The notes beneath the pieces were generated by a model. The model did not search any database and had not been told where the DNA came from. It was given only the letters and a program-made list of their open reading frames with translations. The position numbers were made by a program, and so were the translations under genes. 55,941 bases of DNA from a virus (Duplodnaviria > Caudoviricetes): positions 1 through 55,941 of the IMG/VR virus record IMGVR_UViG_3300021087_000017. One strand, 5' to 3'. Of this stretch, positions 36,215-45,110 are shown in pieces (the stretch's first letter is position 1; every line of letters begins with the position of its first letter).

Positions 36215-36586
36215 ATGACAGCAGCAACAGATAAACTAAAACTTCTTAGGGAGAAGATCAAAAGGGAAAAGGATATATCACTTCCTATAGATAAACAGCA
36301 CATCATAAACAATCTCAAGGAGGTGTATGATCCAGAGATGTCGGGAGTTAGTGTGTATGATTTGGGTCTGATCTATAAGATAGATACAGATGAGGAGGAA
36401 GGGGTAGTTGACATTACGCATACTCTCACCAGTGCATTTTGTCCTTATGCGGATGAGATTGTCCACGCTATTCACAAGGCGGGGGAGGTGGAGAATGTTG
36501 AATCAGTTAATGTCATTACAACATTTGATCCACCATTCAATATGGATAAGGTTCCGTATGAAACTAAACTAATGTTAGGGTGGTAA
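36215..36586 (+). CDS. DUF59 / SufT-MIP18-PaaD-like Fe-S cluster assembly protein
   Basis: LKEVYDPEM..SVYDLGLIY...TLTSAFCP...TFDPPF signature. Confidence 0.88.
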   Translation: MTAATDKLKLLREKIKREKDISLPIDKQHIINNLKEVYDPEMSGVSVYDLGLIYKIDTDEEEGVVDITHTLTSAFCPYADEIVHAIHKAGEVENVESVNVITTFDPPFNMDKVPYETKLMLGW

Positions 36587-36587
36587 G

Positions 36588-37265
36588 ATGGAAGTTAAAT
36601 ACATTAACCATATGGGTAGTGATTTGTCAGTAGTTAATGCTGCCCGTGTATCTTTTGGTAAGCGTTCTGTAGAAGAATGTTATGACCAGATAGATGTAGA
36701 TGGCTACCAACTTACTATCCCACATATCAACAGCAAGGATAGGGGGTTGCTTAGGTACCTTGCTTTACATGAGCACTGGACACCCTTTGCACATACTGCT
36801 TTGACCTACTATATCAAGGCTCCTATTTTTGTAGCTAGACAATTGGGTAAACATCAGGTAGGGTTGGTATGGAATGAGGTAAGCCGAAGGTATGTTGACT
36901 ATACACCAGAGCTTTATAGTCCTGAAGAATGGAGGTTAGCTTCTAAAGATAAGAAACAGGGTAGCTCTGATGAGACTACAGAGTACAGTGTACAGCCCGC
37001 TCATGTGTTCGCTCTTCAATGCTATCAGAATATGATAGAGACAGGTATAGCACCTGAACAAGCCCGTATGGTCCTTCCTCAATCCGCCTATACGGAATGG
37101 TACTGGACAGGAAGTCTGTCTGCATTTCATAGAGTGTATGCACAACGGATTGCAGAGGATGCACAGAAAGAAACTCGTTATGTTGCCCAGCAAATTGGAG
37201 AGGTGTGTGCTAAGTTGTTTCCTGTTAGCTGGAGAAATCTTATTGAAACCGGAGAGTATTTATAA
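36588..37265 (+). CDS. thyX: FAD-dependent thymidylate synthase ThyX
   Basis: VVNAARVSF, HWTPF, RQLGKHQ..WNEVSRRY and EQARMVLP. Confidence 0.95.
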   Translation: MEVKYINHMGSDLSVVNAARVSFGKRSVEECYDQIDVDGYQLTIPHINSKDRGLLRYLALHEHWTPFAHTALTYYIKAPIFVARQLGKHQVGLVWNEVSRRYVDYTPELYSPEEWRLASKDKKQGSSDETTEYSVQPAHVFALQCYQNMIETGIAPEQARMVLPQSAYTEWYWTGSLSAFHRVYAQRIAEDAQKETRYVAQQIGEVCAKLFPVSWRNLIETGEYL

Positions 37266-37276
37266 GGAGTAATAAA

Positions 37277-37759
37277 ATGAAACAGGTAGACATTACACTT
37301 GATATGATTGACAACGCCCGACAGAAGGCAGCAGAGATGGGCCGGTTAAATAATTCTATATTATATGGAGGAGGAAATATCGCAGGTTTTGTGGGAGAGC
37401 AGTTAGCTCTAGCCTGTCTAGGAGGTACGTGGGAAAATACCTATGAGTATGATCTCGTAATGTCTAACGGTACTAAGGTAGATGTCAAGACTAAACAGAC
37501 ATCAGTAGAGCCTCTGCTACACTACGACTGTAGCATTGCTAAGTATAATACTAAGCAGGACTGCGATGTCTATGCCTTTGTCCGGGTCAAAAAAGACTTG
37601 ACAGAAGGCTGGTATTTAGGTATGCTAGGCAAGGATGAATATTTTAAGAAGGCTACTTTTTTAAAGAAGGGGGATGTTGATCCTAGTAATAACTACACAG
37701 TCAGGGCAGATTGCTATAACCTAAAGATTAACCAATTAAATGAGGAACTACATGGCTAG
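37277..37759 (+). CDS. Hypothetical protein, PD-(D/E)XK nuclease-like
   Basis: GE...YDL...VDVKTK spacing. Confidence 0.55.
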   Translation: MKQVDITLDMIDNARQKAAEMGRLNNSILYGGGNIAGFVGEQLALACLGGTWENTYEYDLVMSNGTKVDVKTKQTSVEPLLHYDCSIAKYNTKQDCDVYAFVRVKKDLTEGWYLGMLGKDEYFKKATFLKKGDVDPSNNYTVRADCYNLKINQLNEELHG

Positions 37760-37991
37760 GAGTAAAATTTATTACGAGAAGTATTCTATGCCTCCCTTGA
37801 AGATACAGTACAAGGCAGGTTATGAAGCTTTTAAAAGCAGACGACAGTGGACTAGGAAGTCCCGTAGGGGTGCAACTATAATCATCACCGCTAATCCCTA
37901 CCCTAAAGAAACTATGCAGTATAAGGAGTGGGAGAGGGGCTATAGCCGTGCCTACTTCGATAAGTTAAAAGAGTGGGAAACAATTAGATGA
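37752..37991 (+). CDS. Small hypothetical protein
   Basis: GAGG RBS; NPYP...EWERGY motif. Confidence 0.65.
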   Translation: MARSKIYYEKYSMPPLKIQYKAGYEAFKSRRQWTRKSRRGATIIITANPYPKETMQYKEWERGYSRAYFDKLKEWETIR

Positions 37992-38368
37992 GAAGCCTAG
38001 AAGATGAAGCGGAGGAATTTATGAAAGAAAAAGGAAGCGCCTTTACGTTCGATGCCTATCAGGCAGAGGCTAAGGAGACAGCTATCTATCCTCACAATAT
38101 GAAGATACTATATCCTGCACTTGGCCTGACAGGAGAGGCAGGAGAGGTAGCCAACAAGGTAAAGAAGATTGTGAGGGATGGACTAGATAACATGCCACCT
38201 GATTGGAGGGAACAAATAGCGGGAGAGTTAGGTGATGTACTGTGGTACTGTTCAGCCATAGCCACTGATCTTAATATGTCTCTAGGTCAGATAGCCATGA
38301 GCAACAGGAATAAACTAAGCTCACGTAAAGAAAGGGGAAAGATAGGTGGATTTGGAGACACTCGTTAA
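37988..38368 (+). CDS. mazG: MazG-like nucleotide pyrophosphohydrolase
   Basis: LGLTGEAGEVANKVKK...ELGDVLWY. Confidence 0.9.
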   Translation: MRSLEDEAEEFMKEKGSAFTFDAYQAEAKETAIYPHNMKILYPALGLTGEAGEVANKVKKIVRDGLDNMPPDWREQIAGELGDVLWYCSAIATDLNMSLGQIAMSNRNKLSSRKERGKIGGFGDTR

Positions 38369-38612
38369 AAAGATAACACCCTATAAAGATAGAAGCTGGT
38401 ACATCAAATGGTGCGCCAGCTTCATTCTTTTAGGGGCCATTGCTATTAGGTCAGCAGGTATCCATCACGAGTTAGATATCATACTTAGTTGTATAGGAAC
38501 AGCTATGTGGGGTTACGTAGGTTTTATATGGCACGATAGAGCGTTGATAGTTGTTAACTCTGTGGCCTGTGCAATGCTTATAGTGGCCTTATTAAAAATG
38601 TTTTTGTTGTAG
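38346..38612 (+). CDS. Small 3-TM membrane protein
   Basis: Three hydrophobic segments; WHDRALIVVN. Confidence 0.65.
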   Translation: MDLETLVKKITPYKDRSWYIKWCASFILLGAIAIRSAGIHHELDIILSCIGTAMWGYVGFIWHDRALIVVNSVACAMLIVALLKMFLL

Positions 38613-38617
38613 GAGAG

Positions 38618-41600
38618 TTACCTACTTCTACGGCCAAGTCCTGTCCCTATAGCGTAAGAAGCTAGGTCTGATAAATCCTCTGCCTTACTGAATGTAGGGT
38701 AACGGTTTTCCTCTTGATAAAATAGCTTAACTGCTGCTACTCTTTGATCTTTAGAAAGTCTACGATATGCTTTTTGTGCTTCAGCTATTTCTGCAGCCAC
38801 ATCGTCCCCCATATAAGCAGCTATACTAGTCTCTGCAATTATTGCTTTCTCTTCTCGTAACATATCATTGACCAAAGGTCTTTGTGCCGCACGGACATGC
38901 TGATCCTCTGTAGTATTTTCTTTATATGCGGGCCGTTGTACTTTATATTCAGCCCTTAACTCAATTTCGTTATCTCTTAAAAACTCTACAATGCTAGGCA
39001 ACGCCTCTTGTATAAGTGTATTTTCAAATCTTTTTATGGTAGGATTTTTAGATTTACTACCTTGTGTCCATTCAGAATAGCCTAACTTATTTAGATACTC
39101 CATATCTTTTGAGTCTCGCTTCCTGAATGATAGTCCGGTTAATGCTTTTATTCCAGAGTAAAGTCTCTTATCATCTGGTTGTCCAATACGAACCCGTTCA
39201 GGTAATAGCCTCTCTTGCTCTGGGGTTAGGCCAAAACCCCTAGCCTGTATTGGACGCTTTACATTTTGGATAAGTTGATCTGAGAAAGATGCACCTAATT
39301 TAGGGTCTTTAGCAACATCCCCAAACGCGTCTGGTCGTACACCAAACCATTTCCCTGCTTCACCCTCATCTCCCAGAAGATCGGGGCTACCCAACCACCT
39401 CTGTGCCTCTTTAATTTGCACAAAGGGTGTCAACCATGATACCGCATAGCTACCTATAGCTCTACCTAATGTTCTAGCTGCCTTCTCTGTAGCTACCAAG
39501 TCTGTTTTATCTACATCTCCTAAGCCTAGACCCTCAATCGTCTCAACTAAATCTGTCATCAAGCCAGCACCAGTACCAGTCCTAATGTTTGTTCCTAAGA
39601 AGGTTTCAGCCAGTTCTTTTATATTATTTTTTCTGCTTAACCACTCCCCTAAATCTCCTTGCATTGCTTGCTTACCTAGTTCAGCAACCATAAGCATCTG
39701 CCTCATTGGAAACTGAGGCGTTGTATCTATTACTTCTCCTTCACTAGTCTTCATCATCTTGTAATCAGCGGGGGCGTCATCCATTGTACGGTACTTGTAC
39801 ATAGCATAAAAGGCTCCAAGCCCTGCTAGATTACGAGATATTCTCTGTCTATCCTTAGTTGTTAATTTCATTTTAGGCAAGTTGGCCCACTTGATAGGCT
39901 TGCCATCAAGCTTCATCGTTCCATAATCCATACCGGGTATGCCATCAAACTTAGTAGAAGGCTTACCTCCCTTCATTAAACTAATGACTTTTTTAGTAAG
40001 GGGTATAGATGCACCGGCCCCATATTGGCCCATTAATTCTAGGGCATTCATCATAAATCTTGGAAAGGGTATTACCCAAGTTGCACGAACCGGACCAAAG
40101 CTTGCGTTTGTTATCCAGTGAGCAACCGCTCTGCCCATCTTAGTATCTGGTTGTTTAGCGTATGTAATATCCGTTGCTAAACGTGTGCTGTCTTCAAGAA
40201 GCTCATAGAAAGACCGCTTACCTTCTGGTTTTAATGAATCATTTAACATACCAGTTAGTTTGCCCTCATTCAATGCTTCAATAAGATCAATGCCCCATTC
40301 ACGCTTTGTTAAATTCTCTAGCTGACCAAAAAACACACCTCTTCTAACTGTAAATTCTTGTAGCCTATTAAATACATTTAAATCTCCAACAAAATCTTCA
40401 CCAACCGATAGGACATTATCAACTACCTTACCTGCTCTAGTGGTAGATTGACCTCTGCCTGTTAGCATTTGAATTTCATTAAGATTACCAAACAAGCGAT
40501 TAAAAGTAGGGGCCAATTCAGGTCTATTTAAAATTAAATCTACATATTCCTTGGCTTCTCTAGGATTTCTAAATGTATGATACATAGGTTTAAAGGCACC
40601 TCTCCATGCATCACTAGACTTAAATGTCCCTAACCCTTTTCTGAAACCACCATGTTGTAAATTATACATTGCAGTTTCAGCTACACTTTGAAGGGCCTCT
40701 AGTGGCATACGTCCACCAGCAGAGGTTAAGTTACGTGCAGCCGTTGCTATCTGAGAAACCATGCCACCCCTACGAATATTCTCTATTCGCTGAGATACAT
40801 TTTTAAGTGCTGAATCCATTGCTGCTGCTGCAGCCTTGTTGGCTAAGTCTACTTCTGTTTCAGGTCTAGCTCTACGGATGTCTGATAGCTTCTTTAAAAC
40901 CTTACCTGCTTCAGAACCAGTGCCTACTATAGTCAGGACGTAATCATCAAAAGAAAATCCATACTTATTCATAGTGTCCGCAATTTCTTGAGCGCCTTGA
41001 CCTGTAAGTTTTTTCTGTACAGTTAGGTCAAATAGATTATCTATTACAGTCTTACTGTCATCCCAAAGATCAGGACTTGCCTTTCTTAAATCACTGGCTA
41101 TACCCACAATGGCATTGAACTTATCTGGATTTAACATGGGGTTGGTTAAGGCATCTATTTGAGAATCAAATTTCCCTGCTGCTAAAGCCTCTTCAGTTTG
41201 TAGAATCGCCGCCTGAAGTTTAGTTGGCTTACCCTCATATTGTTTAGTTAATTCTTCAACACGTTCTGCATGGTATAATTGTCTGGCTCTTTCTTTACCC
41301 AGCCCACGAACCTTCTCAGGATCAATCTCCAATAAACCCGTTTGCTTATTAAGAGTAGATATTGAGGTAGTTGGATCGCCTTCTTTCCAACCTTCTGGCC
41401 TAAGAGAGATTTCAAATTCTTTAATTGTTTGCTGTGCTATATCTTGGTTAGCTGCCGCCGCCTCATCTGCTAATCTGCTAGCTTTTTCTGCTACTTCACT
41501 TCCTGCAGCAAGCATACGCATAGGACTAGGCCCTTCCATACGTGCCCTTGCCCGTGCTGTACGTGCGCCTTCTCTCTTTGCTATCTTAGCTTCTGATCGT

Positions 41601-42691
41601 GCTGCACCTGCTTTTGTTAGTCTGCCTGTTTCAGCAAGTCTCTCTGCTGTTTTTCTAGCACCTACCGTGGCTGCTAGGGTTGAAGCTATTGCTCTTGTAG
41701 GTGTAGTTGCTATTCTGGAAGCTAGAGTCAAACCCCCAAGCGGTGCAACATAATCACTTGCTTCTAATATTGACATTAGCATATCGCCAAACCTGTCAGT
41801 ATCTATATCCGTATCACCAGTTAGTACTTCTTTACCCGCTATAAACTTACCTGCTGCATTAATTCTATCTCTAAGTTCTGGATTTTTATTTATGGCTTGT
41901 ATAGCAGGTGCAGCCATATCCACTATATCGCCACCTGTTTCCATTAGTATTCCTAGCCCACCCAATATGCCACTAAATAAATTTGGGGAAACTTCGGCTA
42001 TAGAAGTTAGTAGAGAGTCCTCTTTGCCCCATCCACCCGGACCATAGTACGCTGCTGCTGCTTCTGCAACAGTTAATTTACGGCCTGTCTCAGCATCAAT
42101 TCTAAGATCAGAATTAGGATTATTAAAGTCAGCCCGCAGATTACGTATATCTTCACTATACTTTTTGCTCTTATCATCTCTTGCTATAGTCCTATCTGTA
42201 TTTGCATCTATCTGAGTTGCTTTATATCTTTTGATAGCTGCTTCCTGCGTATCGTTATTCCCAACAGGTATCTTAGCTTCGGGAGGAAGCTTATCAAATT
42301 CTGCTTGAACGGATGGGGATGGGGGTGCAGGGGGTTCTACCTGTCTCAGCACTGGGGCTAGAACCTGTTTTCTTGGCGTAGGGGCCGACACTACTTTTGT
42401 TTCTGGTTGGCTATCCTCTCTAGTAACAGGTTCCTCTACTACAGTATCCTCACCACCCTCTCGTGGTGAACTATACTCATCTCGTGATGTCCTTCGGCTT
42501 CGAGAAGGCAGTTTAACTTCGGGTAAACCTGCTGCTCTTAGTTCCTTGTTTCTTTTTTCAAAACCTTGTCGAGAAGCATCTATTGATCGCTGCGCTCTAG
42601 CACTAACTCTATTAGCCTGTTCTACTTTTGGATCAAAGACAACTCTTGCACCATCATCTCGTGGTGAACTATACTCATCTACTTTAGCCAT
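38618..42691 (-). CDS. Large internal virion (ejection) protein
   Basis: 1357 aa, helical; last gene of the structural arm, in the position of T7 gp16; PFPRF motif. Confidence 0.7.
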   Translation of the reverse strand: MAKVDEYSSPRDDGARVVFDPKVEQANRVSARAQRSIDASRQGFEKRNKELRAAGLPEVKLPSRSRRTSRDEYSSPREGGEDTVVEEPVTREDSQPETKVVSAPTPRKQVLAPVLRQVEPPAPPSPSVQAEFDKLPPEAKIPVGNNDTQEAAIKRYKATQIDANTDRTIARDDKSKKYSEDIRNLRADFNNPNSDLRIDAETGRKLTVAEAAAAYYGPGGWGKEDSLLTSIAEVSPNLFSGILGGLGILMETGGDIVDMAAPAIQAINKNPELRDRINAAGKFIAGKEVLTGDTDIDTDRFGDMLMSILEASDYVAPLGGLTLASRIATTPTRAIASTLAATVGARKTAERLAETGRLTKAGAARSEAKIAKREGARTARARARMEGPSPMRMLAAGSEVAEKASRLADEAAAANQDIAQQTIKEFEISLRPEGWKEGDPTTSISTLNKQTGLLEIDPEKVRGLGKERARQLYHAERVEELTKQYEGKPTKLQAAILQTEEALAAGKFDSQIDALTNPMLNPDKFNAIVGIASDLRKASPDLWDDSKTVIDNLFDLTVQKKLTGQGAQEIADTMNKYGFSFDDYVLTIVGTGSEAGKVLKKLSDIRRARPETEVDLANKAAAAAMDSALKNVSQRIENIRRGGMVSQIATAARNLTSAGGRMPLEALQSVAETAMYNLQHGGFRKGLGTFKSSDAWRGAFKPMYHTFRNPREAKEYVDLILNRPELAPTFNRLFGNLNEIQMLTGRGQSTTRAGKVVDNVLSVGEDFVGDLNVFNRLQEFTVRRGVFFGQLENLTKREWGIDLIEALNEGKLTGMLNDSLKPEGKRSFYELLEDSTRLATDITYAKQPDTKMGRAVAHWITNASFGPVRATWVIPFPRFMMNALELMGQYGAGASIPLTKKVISLMKGGKPSTKFDGIPGMDYGTMKLDGKPIKWANLPKMKLTTKDRQRISRNLAGLGAFYAMYKYRTMDDAPADYKMMKTSEGEVIDTTPQFPMRQMLMVAELGKQAMQGDLGEWLSRKNNIKELAETFLGTNIRTGTGAGLMTDLVETIEGLGLGDVDKTDLVATEKAARTLGRAIGSYAVSWLTPFVQIKEAQRWLGSPDLLGDEGEAGKWFGVRPDAFGDVAKDPKLGASFSDQLIQNVKRPIQARGFGLTPEQERLLPERVRIGQPDDKRLYSGIKALTGLSFRKRDSKDMEYLNKLGYSEWTQGSKSKNPTIKRFENTLIQEALPSIVEFLRDNEIELRAEYKVQRPAYKENTTEDQHVRAAQRPLVNDMLREEKAIIAETSIAAYMGDDVAAEIAEAQKAYRRLSKDQRVAAVKLFYQEENRYPTFSKAEDLSDLASYAIGTGLGRRSR

Positions 42692-42703
42692 ATGCCTTAC
42701 CCC

Positions 42704-44383
42704 TTATTGAAAAAATTTATTTTGTGCGGGCCTTTGTCCAAAGTATGTTGGTCGATTTGTTTCATTAGACAATCTCTTTCGTTGAATAATTCCCTTCCCA
42801 GTCCATACCCCAAAATTACCAGTCTCTCTATAGCGTTCCCAGTTTTGATTAAGGGCATATCTACTATTCATTAATACAACAGTACCGGGTTTTAACTTTT
42901 GCAGGGTAGCGTAATCGGTTTTACCATCTTTCCATACACCATCTACTAGTTTTCCCGGTTTAAATGCTTTAGGTATTGTATCATGGGTAGTCTTTCCACG
43001 CCCAACTTCTTTAAAATGCTTATTAACATTGTTTGTTACATATGTACTTTGAGCATTATACATAGACTGTTTCATAGCCTCACGTTGTTGTAAAACTTGG
43101 GGTGCGTTTGAGTCTTCGAAAGCCTTCCGAAAGTTATTATATGCATTTCTACTTGCTTGGTAAATTTTATCTGCTGTACCACCTTTTAGTATCCTAAACC
43201 GTCCATCTCTATCTAGTTCATATTTAAGACCGGCATCTCGTATAGCATCGTTTTTAATAGAAGTAGCAAAACTTACTACATTAATTTTACTAAAACGATC
43301 AGTCGTTGCTGCAGCTATAGTTGGCATTAACTCTTCCTTTGAGACTTTAATATCTTTAATCTGGTCTTGCCATTCTTGTACTTTGCGTCCAGTTGGCATA
43401 CTACCAGCATCAGTAGCCGCTTCTCTTATTTGCCGACGATAATCTCTTTCCTGTGAGTCTAATAAATTCCACTGTTCTTCAGCATCTGTACCTGATTCAG
43501 CCTTGATAGTCTTTGCTATTGTAAACCTACGATTAAGTTTAACCATTTCAGGTGTATTTTCTTGCTCAAAAATACGCAGCCTTTTACTCCTTTCTTCCAT
43601 ACTACTTCGTTTATCTTGCATACTTACTTGATGTGCTTCTATTATTCGATTATTAGCTTCTGATAAATTCTTAACTTTATCTTGAGTGATCTTTAGCTGT
43701 GATTCAGCCCCGCCGATCTGGGCCTCTTGTAGCCTAGCCGCTTGCTGCTCTTTTTTACCCAGTGCGCCCCATTGAATTTGTACTTGTCTATCACCTGCTC
43801 TGGCTTGCATAGCTTGTCCTGCTGCTTTACCACCAGCACGAGTTGGATTATACCCTCGCGCTTTCATTTCTTGCATAATCCGCTGTTGACTGTTCTGTCT
43901 AAATCCTTTAAACCCTAATGAAGATAAGAAGCCTTGATCTTGTTGTTTAGGATCAATAGCAGGAAGCTCATACGAAAATGGCGTTGCCATATTACTCATC
44001 GCTTGAGTCTGAGTCATGTTACCTTGCTGTTCGCCAGTATAATTAAGTACATCTTGTACCTTTAAATTAGGATTTTCTTTCAGTGCATTTTGATAATCCT
44101 GAATAAATGTAGTTATATTCCCACCATCTTTTGATACACCTCCAAGAGCTTCAATAGCTACTTGGGCATCATTCCAATCACCAGTAAGACCATACATAGC
44201 TTTAAGAGCTTTCCCTGCTTCTCGTTTATCCTTATCATAAATAGTACGTTTTGATGTAGCATCTTGCAATAGAAACTTCATTCTATCATCAAATCTATTG
44301 TTTTGTCTTTCTATATGTTCATCCAACTGCTTTTTAGTTGCAGTAGAAAAACCTTGAACAACGCCTAATCCAAAAGCCCCCAT
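42704..44383 (-). CDS. Internal virion protein
   Basis: MGAFGLGVVQGF N-terminus and helical composition; position. Confidence 0.6.
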   Translation of the reverse strand: MGAFGLGVVQGFSTATKKQLDEHIERQNNRFDDRMKFLLQDATSKRTIYDKDKREAGKALKAMYGLTGDWNDAQVAIEALGGVSKDGGNITTFIQDYQNALKENPNLKVQDVLNYTGEQQGNMTQTQAMSNMATPFSYELPAIDPKQQDQGFLSSLGFKGFRQNSQQRIMQEMKARGYNPTRAGGKAAGQAMQARAGDRQVQIQWGALGKKEQQAARLQEAQIGGAESQLKITQDKVKNLSEANNRIIEAHQVSMQDKRSSMEERSKRLRIFEQENTPEMVKLNRRFTIAKTIKAESGTDAEEQWNLLDSQERDYRRQIREAATDAGSMPTGRKVQEWQDQIKDIKVSKEELMPTIAAATTDRFSKINVVSFATSIKNDAIRDAGLKYELDRDGRFRILKGGTADKIYQASRNAYNNFRKAFEDSNAPQVLQQREAMKQSMYNAQSTYVTNNVNKHFKEVGRGKTTHDTIPKAFKPGKLVDGVWKDGKTDYATLQKLKPGTVVLMNSRYALNQNWERYRETGNFGVWTGKGIIQRKRLSNETNRPTYFGQRPAQNKFFQ

Positions 44384-44920
44384 CTAACTTCTCCTTGCCA
44401 TTAATCCAGTAGGTATAACTGGCTCTTCTACATCAGCCATTTCATTTTGTACTTCTTCTGGCTCTACCTCTTCCTCATTTTTACCAAGATTGTCTAGCGT
44501 TTTATCTTGAAGTTCTTTTTCTAATCTTAGTTTAGCACCCCGAACTACTGAATTATGAATCCTTTCTGGATCATCTTTCTCTGTACCCATACTGTAATCA
44601 ATACCGGCAGTGTCTCCTATTAATGCAATTACCTCCATAAGTACAGGAAGTATAAGCATACTTACATCTAGTGTATGTTTACCTTCCATGATACCATGCG
44701 TCTGCATAATATTAGCTAGATCAGTTACAGGAACTCCCATATCTAACACACTAACTACTTGATTTGCCACTTCATCTGAAGATAGCCTAGTTACATAATA
44801 GTCTACAGCATCTTCAACAGAAGAATACTGAGGAGGATTTTTCCATGATCTACTTCCCGGCTCTGCTGTTAAGCCGCTACCGGGAACAGGAGCGTCGAAG
44901 ACGGGTTCAGGTGCTGCCAT
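44384..44920 (-). CDS. Putative internal virion/assembly protein
   Basis: APVPGSGLT..PPQY motif; ends GLMARRS. Confidence 0.6.
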   Translation of the reverse strand: MAAPEPVFDAPVPGSGLTAEPGSRSWKNPPQYSSVEDAVDYYVTRLSSDEVANQVVSVLDMGVPVTDLANIMQTHGIMEGKHTLDVSMLILPVLMEVIALIGDTAGIDYSMGTEKDDPERIHNSVVRGAKLRLEKELQDKTLDNLGKNEEEVEPEEVQNEMADVEEPVIPTGLMARRS

Positions 44921-45110
44921 TAAATTCTTCCCTCATCTTTCTTATCTTACCGAAATACTTTGCCATTGATTTTCTGGGATCATTTAAATCTTCTACAGCT
45001 ACCTGTTTCTGTCGGCGTAGTAAACCTTTTCCACCTGAAGAATCAGTAGCACTTTGATAAAATTCATCTTCATAAGCTTTATGCAAATAAGGTGCGCGAT
45101 TTGTAATCAT
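44907..45110 (-). CDS. Small hypothetical protein
   Basis: ATGA-coupled start at 45110; contains GKGLLRRQK. Confidence 0.55.
   Translation of the reverse strand: MITNRAPYLHKAYEDEFYQSATDSSGGKGLLRRQKQVAVEDLNDPRKSMAKYFGKIRKMREEFNGST

Noticed and set aside
36036-36218. 60-aa ORF or frameshifted small gene before SufT
   Set aside because: It overlaps the RBS-supported zinc-finger peptide, and no supported start exists for the remainder; cannot be called from sequence alone.
42463-42680. DEYSSPR duplicated near the N-terminus of the large internal protein
   Set aside because: Only two short copies in a low-complexity region; no further pattern to support a function.
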